Below, piece by piece: positions 31,722 to 40,935 of a DNA stretch of 64,000 nucleotides. Numbering within the stretch: the stretch's first letter is position 1; every line of letters begins with the position of its first letter. The notes under the pieces are model-generated. The model did not search any database, was not told the DNA's origin, and saw nothing but the letters and a program-made list of their open reading frames with translations. The translations under genes and the position numbers were made by a program. Source of the stretch: Thecamonas trahens ATCC 50062 (Eukaryota > Protista > Apusomonadida). The stretch lies in the NCBI RefSeq assembly GCF_000142905.1, contig NW_013657652.1, positions 1-64,000 on the forward strand, in the 5' to 3' direction.

Positions 31722-31961
31722 ACGTGTGTTTGTGGCGAGGGTGATGATGGTGATGGGCGGGTGATGGTGATGGGGAGAGCAGTGGTTGGAGGGGGGGGGG
31801 AGGGGGCGAGTGAGGCGGAGGGGGATGGATGGGGATCAGATGGGGGGAGGGGGGGGGGCAGGGAGGGGGGAGGGGCAGAGGCAGGGGCAGGGGCAGGGGG
31901 ATGGGGATTGGCGAGGAACCGAGGTATGCTAGATGAGGCAAGGGATGAGTATGCGTGGAGA

Positions 31962-32117
31962 TGGTGATCCGTGTGGATAGTGGTCTGTGTGGACGGTGAT
32001 CCGATCCGGTGGATAGTGGTCTGTGTGGACGGTGATCTGATAGTGGTCTGCGTGGACGGTGATCTGTGTGGATAGTGGTCTGTGTGGACGGTGATCTGTG
32101 TGGATAGTGGTCTGTGG
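31962..32117. repeat. Minisatellite, 32-bp unit GTGGATAGTGGTCTGT-GTGGACGGTGATCTGT (two alternating 16-mers), ~4.5 copies
   Basis: Directly visible tandem units between divergent genes. Confidence 0.92.
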
Positions 32118-32235
32118 GGAGCGCGATAGGATTCATGAGCGTGTTTAGCACCAAAGAGCTCTGTAAGCCCAATGTGTTGGACGGCATGTCTATCTGCGGG
32201 GATCTGCATCGGGATGGCCATCCATCTGCCCACGT

Positions 32236-33867
32236 GTGGTGATCTGTGCGGCAGTCGACACGTCCCGATCAACCACTCCGCACACTCATCTCCCCCTCCC
32301 CCATGCGCCTCACACCGTGCCCGATAGAGCTCCGCATCGACCTCGATCCCTTGCTGCTACTCACGCTCCATCATCATCCTCTGATGCTGATGCTGATGCG
32401 AGTGGCCTCACCGATGCCATCCTCTCCATCCTCGCCTTTGCCCGCGACGACGTCGGCGCTGTCATCACCTCGGTCTCGGGCGCCATCTCCAACACTGGCG
32501 TCTTCATATTCCCGGCCTGGATCCTCGCCGAACTGAACATGGCCTGCGCCGAGTGTGTTCCACCCGATGACCTCGCTGCCGCCATCGCTTTCCGGCCGCT
32601 TCTTCCGCCCTATCAGCGGCCGTGGACTTCCTTGAGTGACCCGGCCGTGGAGCTCGTGCCCATCGTCGACGAGAGCGGCCTCGCTAGCGCTCTGTCGGGC
32701 GTCGGCCTAATGAGCTCAGCCGGATGGCGCGTAGGATGGGCCGGTATGGTCACTCCCGCTGAGCCCGATGCCACGCCGTCTGCCGCCCGCCCGGTCGATG
32801 GGCTTGTCCGCGCCATGCGCTGGTGCCGCGTCCAGACATCTCCGCCGCCGTCAGACGCTGCGTCGGCCAGGAGCTTCCATGTCGAGCCCAGCGCTGAGCT
32901 GGCGGTCGGCACTACGGTTGCTGTCCTCGCCTCACCGTTTGCCGCCCTCTGCCCGGCTGTCTTTGCCGATATGCAGCTCGCCGGCTCGGTCGCTGCCTTG
33001 CTCCCAGTTGCTAGCGTCGCCGGCATCATCGACGCGAGGTTGCAGCCAGGCGCCGAGGGCGGCATCCTGCTCTCACCGGAAGGCCACGTCGTCGGCATTA
33101 CGCTTGCGCCGCTGCTGCCACCCGGCCTTGCGGCGCTCGAGCTGTTTCCGTTTGTCGGCACCGGCCCGCTCCTTGCCCTTCTTACCGGCGGTACTCCGCG
33201 CCGCTGCCGTCCGCTCCTCGCACCACCGCCGCGGTCGTTGCCAGTGGTCAAGGTCCGATGCGGCGACCAGTACGGCTCCGGCATTGTCGTCCGACGCGCC
33301 GGTGGCCGCACTGCCGTCGTTACAAACGCCCATGTCGTTGCCGATGCTGACGCCCCGGTCACCCTCGCTCCGCATCCATACACCGCCACCGCCGCCGTCG
33401 CCGCATCGCGCCTCGCGCCGTCGCCCGATGGCCTGGATGTGACGTGGTTGAAGCCAGCAGCAGAACTCGGCCTCCGCCCGATTTCACTTGCCAATCGACC
33501 CCTGGTCCGTGGCCAGCGCGTCGTTGTCGTCGGCTTTCCAGTTCTCGAGCCAATGGGCCCGCGCTCGCTGGGCCCGGTCACCACTTCAGGCACAATCACC
33601 CAGGTATGGGCCGAGTCCAAGCAGAGTGGACCCGCACTCGTTCTTGTCGACGCCGCCGTCCATCGCGGCAACTCGGGGGGCGCCTTACTCGATGCTGCCA
33701 CCGGCGACCTCATCGGCCTCGTCACCTCCAACCTCTCGTCAGGCGTTCTTGGCACTCGGGTCCACGTCGGCTTTATCCTCCCAATACACGCGGCCTACGC
33801 TTCGTCTGCATCGCCGGCCGCCCGCAAAGCCTGGTGCCTCGATCCCACGCTACCGTCCAAGCTCTAG
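32236..33867 (+). CDS. TYSND1: Peroxisomal leader-peptide processing protease (TYSND1/DEG15-like), PTS1 SKL; 5' end uncertain
   Basis: Inactive first trypsin-like domain (ASPFAAL.P, PGAEGG); active second domain GSGIVV, VVTNAHVV, LDV, GNSGGAL; ends PSKL*. A short upstream exon (ATG ~32135, GTAAGC donor) is possible. Confidence 0.88.
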   Translation: MVICAAVDTSRSTTPHTHLPLPHAPHTVPDRAPHRPRSLAATHAPSSSSDADADASGLTDAILSILAFARDDVGAVITSVSGAISNTGVFIFPAWILAELNMACAECVPPDDLAAAIAFRPLLPPYQRPWTSLSDPAVELVPIVDESGLASALSGVGLMSSAGWRVGWAGMVTPAEPDATPSAARPVDGLVRAMRWCRVQTSPPPSDAASARSFHVEPSAELAVGTTVAVLASPFAALCPAVFADMQLAGSVAALLPVASVAGIIDARLQPGAEGGILLSPEGHVVGITLAPLLPPGLAALELFPFVGTGPLLALLTGGTPRRCRPLLAPPPRSLPVVKVRCGDQYGSGIVVRRAGGRTAVVTNAHVVADADAPVTLAPHPYTATAAVAASRLAPSPDGLDVTWLKPAAELGLRPISLANRPLVRGQRVVVVGFPVLEPMGPRSLGPVTTSGTITQVWAESKQSGPALVLVDAAVHRGNSGGALLDAATGDLIGLVTSNLSSGVLGTRVHVGFILPIHAAYASSASPAARKAWCLDPTLPSKL

Positions 33868-33890
33868 CCCCGCGCCGGGGCTGTTGGCTA

Positions 33891-34600
33891 TCATCGCGCC
33901 TCCGCCAGCGCCCGCAGCTGGCGCTCAAACCCAGGATTCGGCTCTGCCAGCGGCCGCGCGCTCCGCACCCACGCCAAAGCGTCGTCGTACGTCAGCGAGC
34001 GGATGGTGGTGAGGAGAAAGGCAATGACTAGTGCAGTCGATCGCGACTTGCCCTGCGCGCAAAAGACGAGGACCGAGTGGCCCGATGCCAGCGCGTCCGT
34101 CATAAACGAGACCGCGTTGGCAATCTCCTCCTGGCCAAGCTCCTGGCTCTCCGCATCAATCCACTCGACCCGATGAATGACGAGCCCATCGTCCTCCAGT
34201 GCTGACAGCGACTTTCCCACTTGACAAAGAACGCCTCCAGACCCTTGGCCGTCGCCACCACACGATTCACGCCCATCTCCGCCAGCGACTCGGCCTTGCA
34301 TGCCAAGTACCCTCCGTGCCACAGCGCAGCTCGCCCGGTGTCGCCACCCTGCTCGCTTCCACCTTGACTTCCAGCAGTCCCGTCGCGCCGCGCCAGAATC
34401 TCTGCCCAGCTGGCAATCCGATTGGCCGGCGAGCGAGCGGCGAGGACGGCAAACGCCGCGTCCTCAGGCACCGCTTCCTCACGGTGATCCTCGAGCTTCT
34501 GTTGGCACTCGCGGCAGCGGTCGGCCCGCAGTGGGTTGGCTACAAACGCCTCGCACTCTGCCGTGCCTGTAAAGTACAGCTGGTTGCCCAGCGCCGCCAT
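33891..34600 (-). CDS. Dual-specificity protein phosphatase, interrupted by a -1 frame break near 34215
   Basis: 5' ORF gives LWHGGY...LAEMGVNRVV; the overlapping 3' ORF gives WIDAESQ, VLVFCAQGKSRST, VRSARPLAEPNPGFERQL. The join is at AAGTGGGAAAGTCG. Confidence 0.88.
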
Positions 34601-34719
34601 GTTGCTTGACCCACCGACGGACTCGGTCACACGCAACGAGACAGGTGAGAGCCGCTCTACTACCCGTGATGGGGCTTTGTGGTTTACGGGCGCGGTATGG
34701 CTGCAGTCGCCAGCCCGGC

Positions 34720-35925
34720 CTACTCGCTTTCGTCAAAGAGCATGGAGCGGACCTGCGGGAGCAGGTTCTCGTACGCGATCTCCAGGCGAGTGTCGAGGGT
34801 GTTCGAGCACATGATCTTGCCCTTGCGGGCCGAGACGAGGACGCCGCCGCAGCACGACGGCGCGCCGTCCTCCACCTCGAGCGGCGACGCCGGGAGGAAC
34901 CGCTTCTCGTCGAGCTTGATCTCGATCTTGGTCCGAGTCTTCTCTTCGTACTCGGCCACCACGCCCGGAATGACCTTCTTGGCCAGCGCCAGGTCTGCCT
35001 CACGGACATTGACCACCACCTTGGGCTCCATCACCTTGATCAGCGCCTGCATCAGAAGCTTCTCAAACAGCGCCTGATACCCCTCGCCCGTACCCTTGGC
35101 CGCCAGCTTCCGCCGTGCCTTCTGGAACAGCTCCTGCAGCGACGAGTTCCGCTCCCGCAGCACTGCCAGCCGAGCCGCGTTCTTGATGTTCGCCACGCGA
35201 CTATCTCCCCATATACCCAATCAGTCCCCAACCCGCCACCACAAACACACACACTCGATCATCCATGAGCTTGCCATCACCTCCACGTCAACCTCTGCCA
35301 AAAATTGCTCCGGCCTCTGCCCCCGCCACCGCCATTGCCGCAACCGCTACAGCCACCGCCAGCACCTTTCACCCTCTCGCCCCATCCATCTTCTCCAATA
35401 CCATGCCCTTCTCGAGCCACGCCCGTCTCCCCCGTCCCTCTCCCCGTCCCCCTTTGCCTGCCTGAAGCCCAGGCTCCCAACAGCAGCTCGTTGTCGATGA
35501 CGGCCAAGTCACGCGGGAGGGAGAGGGTAGCCGCCAGCCGACCTACAAGCCGAAATACCAGGCAAGGACAACCCATACTCGACATGGTACAAATACAGAC
35601 ATGGCTATACGTGTACACCAAGTATAGTCGCACAGAAGGGCTTGATTCTGGTGGTAGGCGTCGGTAGAGGTCAGGGGGGTAGGGGGAGGTGGCGACGGGC
35701 ACAGGTCACACGACTGACGTACATTTTGGAGGCGACTTCAGCCTGGTTCCGCTTGCGCTCAAACTCTGACGAGATGGTTGCAACAGCGCGCTCGACGAGC
35801 ATGGCATGCTCAATGCAAAACTGCTCTTCCGCATCCGTCTCAATCTCTAGAACACGCTCCCTTGCCTCTGCGAGGAAGAACCGCGTCATATGCTCCACCT
35901 GCCGCTGCACTGCTGCCGAATCCAT
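34720..35925 (-). CDS. ATP6V1E: V-type ATPase subunit E; exons 35925-35723 and 35200-34720
   Basis: MDSAAVQRQVEHMTRFFLAEARE...EEQFCIE...ASKI|RVANIKNAARLAVL...CCGGV...GKIMCSNTLDTRL...LPQVRSMLF; GTACGT...TAG intron of 522 nt. Confidence 0.95.
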
Positions 35926-36075
35926 CTTTCCAATTGACCGAACAGCGACGAGTGGTCAGTTCGCCAATGCTCAGTCCCTCTCCCTCTGCTCCCAGCCCAG
36001 TCCACCATGGCACACCGCCACCCGATCCGATTGGCCGCCACCTTTTACATGCGCTGCCATCAACGGCGGTAGCTC

Positions 36076-39000
36076 TCAGGCCTGGCCACGGCCAAGACCC
36101 CGACCCCGACCTCTTCCACCTCCGCGCCGACTCCGGTGACGACCGCGGCCGGCCTGGGTCTGAGTCTGGGCCTGAGCCTGGGCCTGGGTTTGGCCTCCGT
36201 CTCCAGATGAAGATGGTGGAGCGCTGCGGCCGCGACCACGGCCGCGCCGTCCGCGATTGCGCCGCTCTTTGCGCAGCCTGGCCGCCCGTGACTCGCTGTT
36301 GCTCGCTCCACCACCGTTTGGCGCAGGCGACGCCGCGGACGACGACGAGGGTGGTGCGCGGGTCCGGCTGCGAGAGGCGCGCGGCCGCGGCGCACGGACC
36401 CGCTGGCGATACACCGGCAGGCCGCGAGCGGCCATGAGCTTGGCGACCTCGGCCTCGCCACCGGCTGCGAGCCGGCCCAGTACAAGCGTGAGGAACGAGA
36501 CAATGCCAGCCTTGTCCGACAACGACAGGCCGTCGTTTCGGAGAACACCGCCGAAGAGGTAGTCGCCAAACGCAACCGCAAACGCGTCGTCACAGAGCTC
36601 CGGGGAGCTCGGGTCGAAATACAGCGTTCCGCGGTGAAGCAGAATCGACGCCGACGTCGGCGCCGATCGCAGCTGCACGTCGTCGCTAAAGTAGTACTGC
36701 GCCTGTAGGCCTGGCACGCCGACGACCTGCAGGCCGAGCCGAAGTGGGTCCAGCTCGTACTCCCATTGATCGCGCGGCGATATGCAGTGGTAGCAGTACT
36801 GGACAAGGTGCGGGAGCGTGCTCACCAGCTTTTGATTCCACGCCTCGGCCTCGGGCGCGCTCACCGCCGGCGCGTCGCCCTCGGTGTAGACCGCCACCGA
36901 GAGCGACGCCGCCAGCGACCGGACTCCGGCCTCGCGGAGGAGCGGCGCGAGCGTGCCCAGGTCGCTCTCCGAGAGCGCCAACGTCGGCAGTGCAGTGCCG
37001 ACAAACAAGTCCGCGAGCTGCGGCGCGTCGTTGGCTAGTGCCTGCGCGCCGTGTACAAACGAGTAAAACCGCTTGCCGTCGGCAGGCCCGACGGCGCTCA
37101 CCACAAACACCGGCGTGGTCGCCAGCAGCTCGTGGATCCACCCGACAGGCTCGGCAGAGCCCGGCGCCAGCGCCGCCGCCCGCAGCTGCCGCGCCATCAG
37201 GCCATACAGCTGCCGCAGCAGGTTGTAGTCTGACGGGGGATCAAAGGCAAAGAACACGCCCGGGTACTTGGCCACCAGCCGCGCCACCACCGCGCCCGTC
37301 GTCCCCACGGGCGGCGACTCGGGCACACGAGCCACGTTGACAAACAGCTTCTTGAGCGAGCCCTCGTACCACTCGTCAAGGTACACCACGTCAGCCAGCG
37401 CCCCGGCGTACTCGCTCTGGTTCGAGTGGACTGCCGCAGAGCTCCAGTACACCTCGCCCGAGCTCATCCACTCGCCGCTCACCTGCGCCCCATCGCTGCT
37501 CACACTGCTCGGCACAAACACGCGACGCCCGCCCTGGAACCAGGCCTCGATCCGCGAGAGCTCCGCCGCGCTTGCCAGCTCTGAGAGCAGCTTGTACAGC
37601 GCCGCAAAGAGCTCGACGCCTCCGGCATACTCACACACTCCCACTGCGCTTGCCAGCCCGTCAAGCACTTTGAGCACGCCGTCGACGTCGAGCGAGGTCG
37701 AAATACCCAGCGCGGACAGCAGCGAGCCGTTGCTCACCGTGACCTCCATCATCGGCATGACTTGCGCGATGATGCCCGGAACCTTGTGTGCGCCATCGAG
37801 CTGAAACGCCAGCCGAGCTGCCATTCGGCCCATCGAGGTCCGCACCAGCAGCGCCTCGCCGAGCTGACTCGCTGCACGCGACGCGTACCCGCGGACAACT
37901 GAGCTCGTTCGCTTTGCGTTCTTACCCTTGCCACCGCAGACTTCAGTTCGCACCACGCCGCACAACTTGGCCTCGTACTCGCTCGCCCACAGGCCCGACC
38001 GCTCCCCGTCGTCGTCCAGCAGCGCAAGCATCTTGTCGGCACAATGCCGCGCTGCGCCCACAAACTCGCGAGAGAGCTCGTAGTCGGCAACCTCGTACCG
38101 GAGCCCCGGGCCTGACGGCCAGCCGAGCGCCGCAATAGCGCCGCGCCCGGCCACAACCCGCTGGACAGGCACCACCCGCGGCGCCCGCGCTGCGCCAAAG
38201 AACTCGGCGAGCACCTCGCCCGTCGCCGCCACAGAGCCACACGCCGCACTGTACGCCTCGTGCACAAACGCGACGACCCCGCCCGAGCCGTAGAACAGCT
38301 CCTCGAGCACAGACGAGCCGGTGTAGCACGCTCCGAGGTACATCTCGGTCGGGTGCCAGTACTCGTTCTCGCGCGGCGCTGCCGCTCGCAGCAGCAGCAC
38401 TTTGCGCACGGCCTCGACAATACCGCTGCCGACAACGCCCACCGCCAACAGCGCAAAGACTCCGAGTGCCTCGAGCTCGCCATGCCCGACCGCAGTAACT
38501 GTTCTCGTGTGCGGATCGCGGCTCCGTCCCGCGCGAGCCAGCGACGGCACCACATGAGCCTCGAGCACGCTCGCCACCGACGGCTCGCGGATGCCGAGCA
38601 CGCTCAAATACGCTCGCACGCTCGCGCGGACCATTGGTTCGGACGCAAGCTGTGCCACGGCGTCGCGCGCCACAAGCCGGAACTTGCTGTCGGTAGCTGC
38701 CAGCTGGGCAAGCGCCGCCAGCTCAGCATCGCTCCCCTCGCATGCAAGCTCGAGCGGCGCAAAGACCGGCGTCGCAGAGCTCCGCACCTGGCCGACCGTA
38801 AGCACGGCGCCCGACGATGCCATCGGAAAAAGCGGGACGCCCGCCGAGGCTAGGTCGTCAGCCGGCACTTGCGCCCGCGCGCAGTAAGCATACACCGCGC
38901 TCGTCCACTCGCCGACGCTGGCAATGCCCGCCGACGCCAGCGTCACCGCCAGACTCGTGCCTTTGAGCTTGCTGCCAAACGCCACAAAGACGTCGGTGTC

Positions 39001-40536
39001 AAACGAGCGCACGCCGAGCCGAGCGAGCACGTCGGCAAAACTTGGGTCCTGAGCCGCCGCCGCCGCCAGCTCGGCGTCGACATACTCGAGGCCACAGAGC
39101 GAGGCCAGGAGCGCAGGCGGCGCAATGGCCAGCGCGTCAGTTGACGGCAGCAGCGCGGCCTTTGGCTTGATCCACCGCCCGCGCTCAGAGAGCACGCACG
39201 CGCTCGACCGCAGCGCGTCGATGACCCGCGGGACCAGGTGCGCAAACTCAGCTTCGACTGTCGCCGCCGCACCACGCCCGGGCGCAGGCAGCATCCGCAG
39301 TAGCAGTGCGGCTTGCTGCATGCTCACTTCGCTGCTGCCTCCCGACGCGGCGTCGCGAAAGTGCGCCAGCGCGCCGAGCACAGCCTCGGGCACTTGTCGC
39401 AGCAGCCACTCGTTCCATGGCCCGGCCTTGAGGTCTTCCCGATCGGCAGCAACCAGAAAGTCAGCCTGGACAAGAAACGGGAGGCCGTACGACCGCACAG
39501 GCAAAAAAGCGTACAGCGGCTCGGCGCTCAGCTCGGCGAGTGACGCAAGGTACTCGGTGCGGAACGCGATGACAATCTCCGACAGGGCCACGCCGGCCCG
39601 CTTCTCCTCACGCGCCGATGCTGGCGGCACCACAACCGTCTTATACACCAGGAACGCGTGGGCGGCGCCCCCGGGCTGCGAGGTAATGACAACCTGGCCG
39701 CCGCACGCCGCGCCGTCAACCGGTGCGTCCGGCGCATCGGGCGCATTGTATGCCAGTGCGCTTTGTGCTGCCTCGCGGGCGTAAACGTGTGCCACTCCGT
39801 CGCGGACGAGCGTCAGGCGTCGCAGCTTGCGGAGAAAGAGCAGGAGCGTGTGGCCAATCGATGCGCCCAGATCGTCGAACAGCGACGCTGCCGAGCTCGC
39901 CGACGCAAAGCTCTCCATCAGCGGGAGGACAATGGCCGTGGCGGCCTTGCCATCAAGGCCGACCGGCGGCGGAACGCCCAGCACCTCGCGGGCGTCGCCA
40001 TCAATCCACTCGGGCACCACAAATCCAAGGCCGACCTCGGCCGAGTCGTCGGCGACACCGGGCGGCTTGGCTGCAAACTGAAAGGCGTAGCCGTTGGAGA
40101 CCAGAGCCGGAGCGTGCGAGACCATAAAGACCGACTTGAAGCCGATGCCCTTTTCGCCGATGTAGCCGAGCGCAGTCTTCTTTGTCGAGTCGCCGATGTT
40201 GCACAGAGCACGGACGTCGCGCTCACGAAAGCCGAGCTCGTTGTTGAGCAGGACGATGCGAGCCTTGTCATCGTGTCCTCCAAGCAAATGGACTTCAAGA
40301 CCAGGCTCAGCTCCATTAGCATAGCTATTATCATCAGCATTCTGAATGAGCTCCAGGAGAAAGTGTGTCTCCGACTTGTAGATGTCCGACGAGAGTGTGG
40401 TGAGCGCTCTCTGGAGGGCTTCATGCAGGAAAGACACCACTTCAGACGAGGCGCTCTGGTGGACGCCCCACTTACTCCGGATGTCTTCCACCACATGCCT
40501 AGCAAGTGCAACTCCTTCCGCTTGCTCTTCCGCCAT
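36076..40536 (-). CDS. Sacsin/NO VEIN-like GHKL (HSP90-like) ATPase-domain protein
   Basis: IYKSETHFLLELIQNADDN, NNELGF...VRALCNIGDSTK, IGEKGIGFKSVF, SNGYAFQF, LYAFLP...GLPFLVQADF...DRE...WNEWL. Confidence 0.93.
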   Translation of the reverse strand: MAEEQAEGVALARHVVEDIRSKWGVHQSASSEVVSFLHEALQRALTTLSSDIYKSETHFLLELIQNADDNSYANGAEPGLEVHLLGGHDDKARIVLLNNELGFRERDVRALCNIGDSTKKTALGYIGEKGIGFKSVFMVSHAPALVSNGYAFQFAAKPPGVADDSAEVGLGFVVPEWIDGDAREVLGVPPPVGLDGKAATAIVLPLMESFASASSAASLFDDLGASIGHTLLLFLRKLRRLTLVRDGVAHVYAREAAQSALAYNAPDAPDAPVDGAACGGQVVITSQPGGAAHAFLVYKTVVVPPASAREEKRAGVALSEIVIAFRTEYLASLAELSAEPLYAFLPVRSYGLPFLVQADFLVAADREDLKAGPWNEWLLRQVPEAVLGALAHFRDAASGGSSEVSMQQAALLLRMLPAPGRGAAATVEAEFAHLVPRVIDALRSSACVLSERGRWIKPKAALLPSTDALAIAPPALLASLCGLEYVDAELAAAAAQDPSFADVLARLGVRSFDTDVFVAFGSKLKGTSLAVTLASAGIASVGEWTSAVYAYCARAQVPADDLASAGVPLFPMASSGAVLTVGQVRSSATPVFAPLELACEGSDAELAALAQLAATDSKFRLVARDAVAQLASEPMVRASVRAYLSVLGIREPSVASVLEAHVVPSLARAGRSRDPHTRTVTAVGHGELEALGVFALLAVGVVGSGIVEAVRKVLLLRAAAPRENEYWHPTEMYLGACYTGSSVLEELFYGSGGVVAFVHEAYSAACGSVAATGEVLAEFFGAARAPRVVPVQRVVAGRGAIAALGWPSGPGLRYEVADYELSREFVGAARHCADKMLALLDDDGERSGLWASEYEAKLCGVVRTEVCGGKGKNAKRTSSVVRGYASRAASQLGEALLVRTSMGRMAARLAFQLDGAHKVPGIIAQVMPMMEVTVSNGSLLSALGISTSLDVDGVLKVLDGLASAVGVCEYAGGVELFAALYKLLSELASAAELSRIEAWFQGGRRVFVPSSVSSDGAQVSGEWMSSGEVYWSSAAVHSNQSEYAGALADVVYLDEWYEGSLKKLFVNVARVPESPPVGTTGAVVARLVAKYPGVFFAFDPPSDYNLLRQLYGLMARQLRAAALAPGSAEPVGWIHELLATTPVFVVSAVGPADGKRFYSFVHGAQALANDAPQLADLFVGTALPTLALSESDLGTLAPLLREAGVRSLAASLSVAVYTEGDAPAVSAPEAEAWNQKLVSTLPHLVQYCYHCISPRDQWEYELDPLRLGLQVVGVPGLQAQYYFSDDVQLRSAPTSASILLHRGTLYFDPSSPELCDDAFAVAFGDYLFGGVLRNDGLSLSDKAGIVSFLTLVLGRLAAGGEAEVAKLMAARGLPVYRQRVRAPRPRASRSRTRAPPSSSSAASPAPNGGGASNSESRAARLRKERRNRGRRGRGRGRSAPPSSSGDGGQTQAQAQAQTQTQAGRGRHRSRRGGGRGRGRGLGRGQA

Positions 40537-40935
40537 TCTTCCTGAGCACCAGCCAGAGTCGAGTCTGTCCTTCACCTTTCCTCTCCCAGCCGAGCTGGCC
40601 TTGGTCTTTGTCTCGCTCGCCGTCTCCGTCTCCGTCTCCCGGCCTCGTTCGGTGGCATTGTCGGCACTCTTCGGTCACTCATCGTACTTGCCCTCCCCAC
40701 ACCGCATTCACCCATGTGGTGGCATAAAGATCACGGCATACTAGCTTTGAGTATGGGTAGGTAACGATTGCTAGAGCTGATCAGCATGCTGGCGATGATG
40801 TCTATCGGTCGCACCATTGCCATCGCCTTTACCATGACCATAACTACGGCCATCTCGACCCCCCCCCCCCTCCCCCTCCCCCCCCCCCCCCCCTCCCTCT
40901 TTGCTTCTACACACCACCATGAGGTTGTCGATCAC

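Noticed and set aside
31962-32117. Possible CRISPR array
   Set aside because: Contiguous tandem units with no unique spacers, eukaryotic context and no cas genes.
34205-34225. GGGAAAG as a programmed -1 frameshift heptamer in the phosphatase
   Set aside because: It is out of phase (zero-frame codons are TGG GAA AGT), so tandem slippage would not work; an indel error is more likely.
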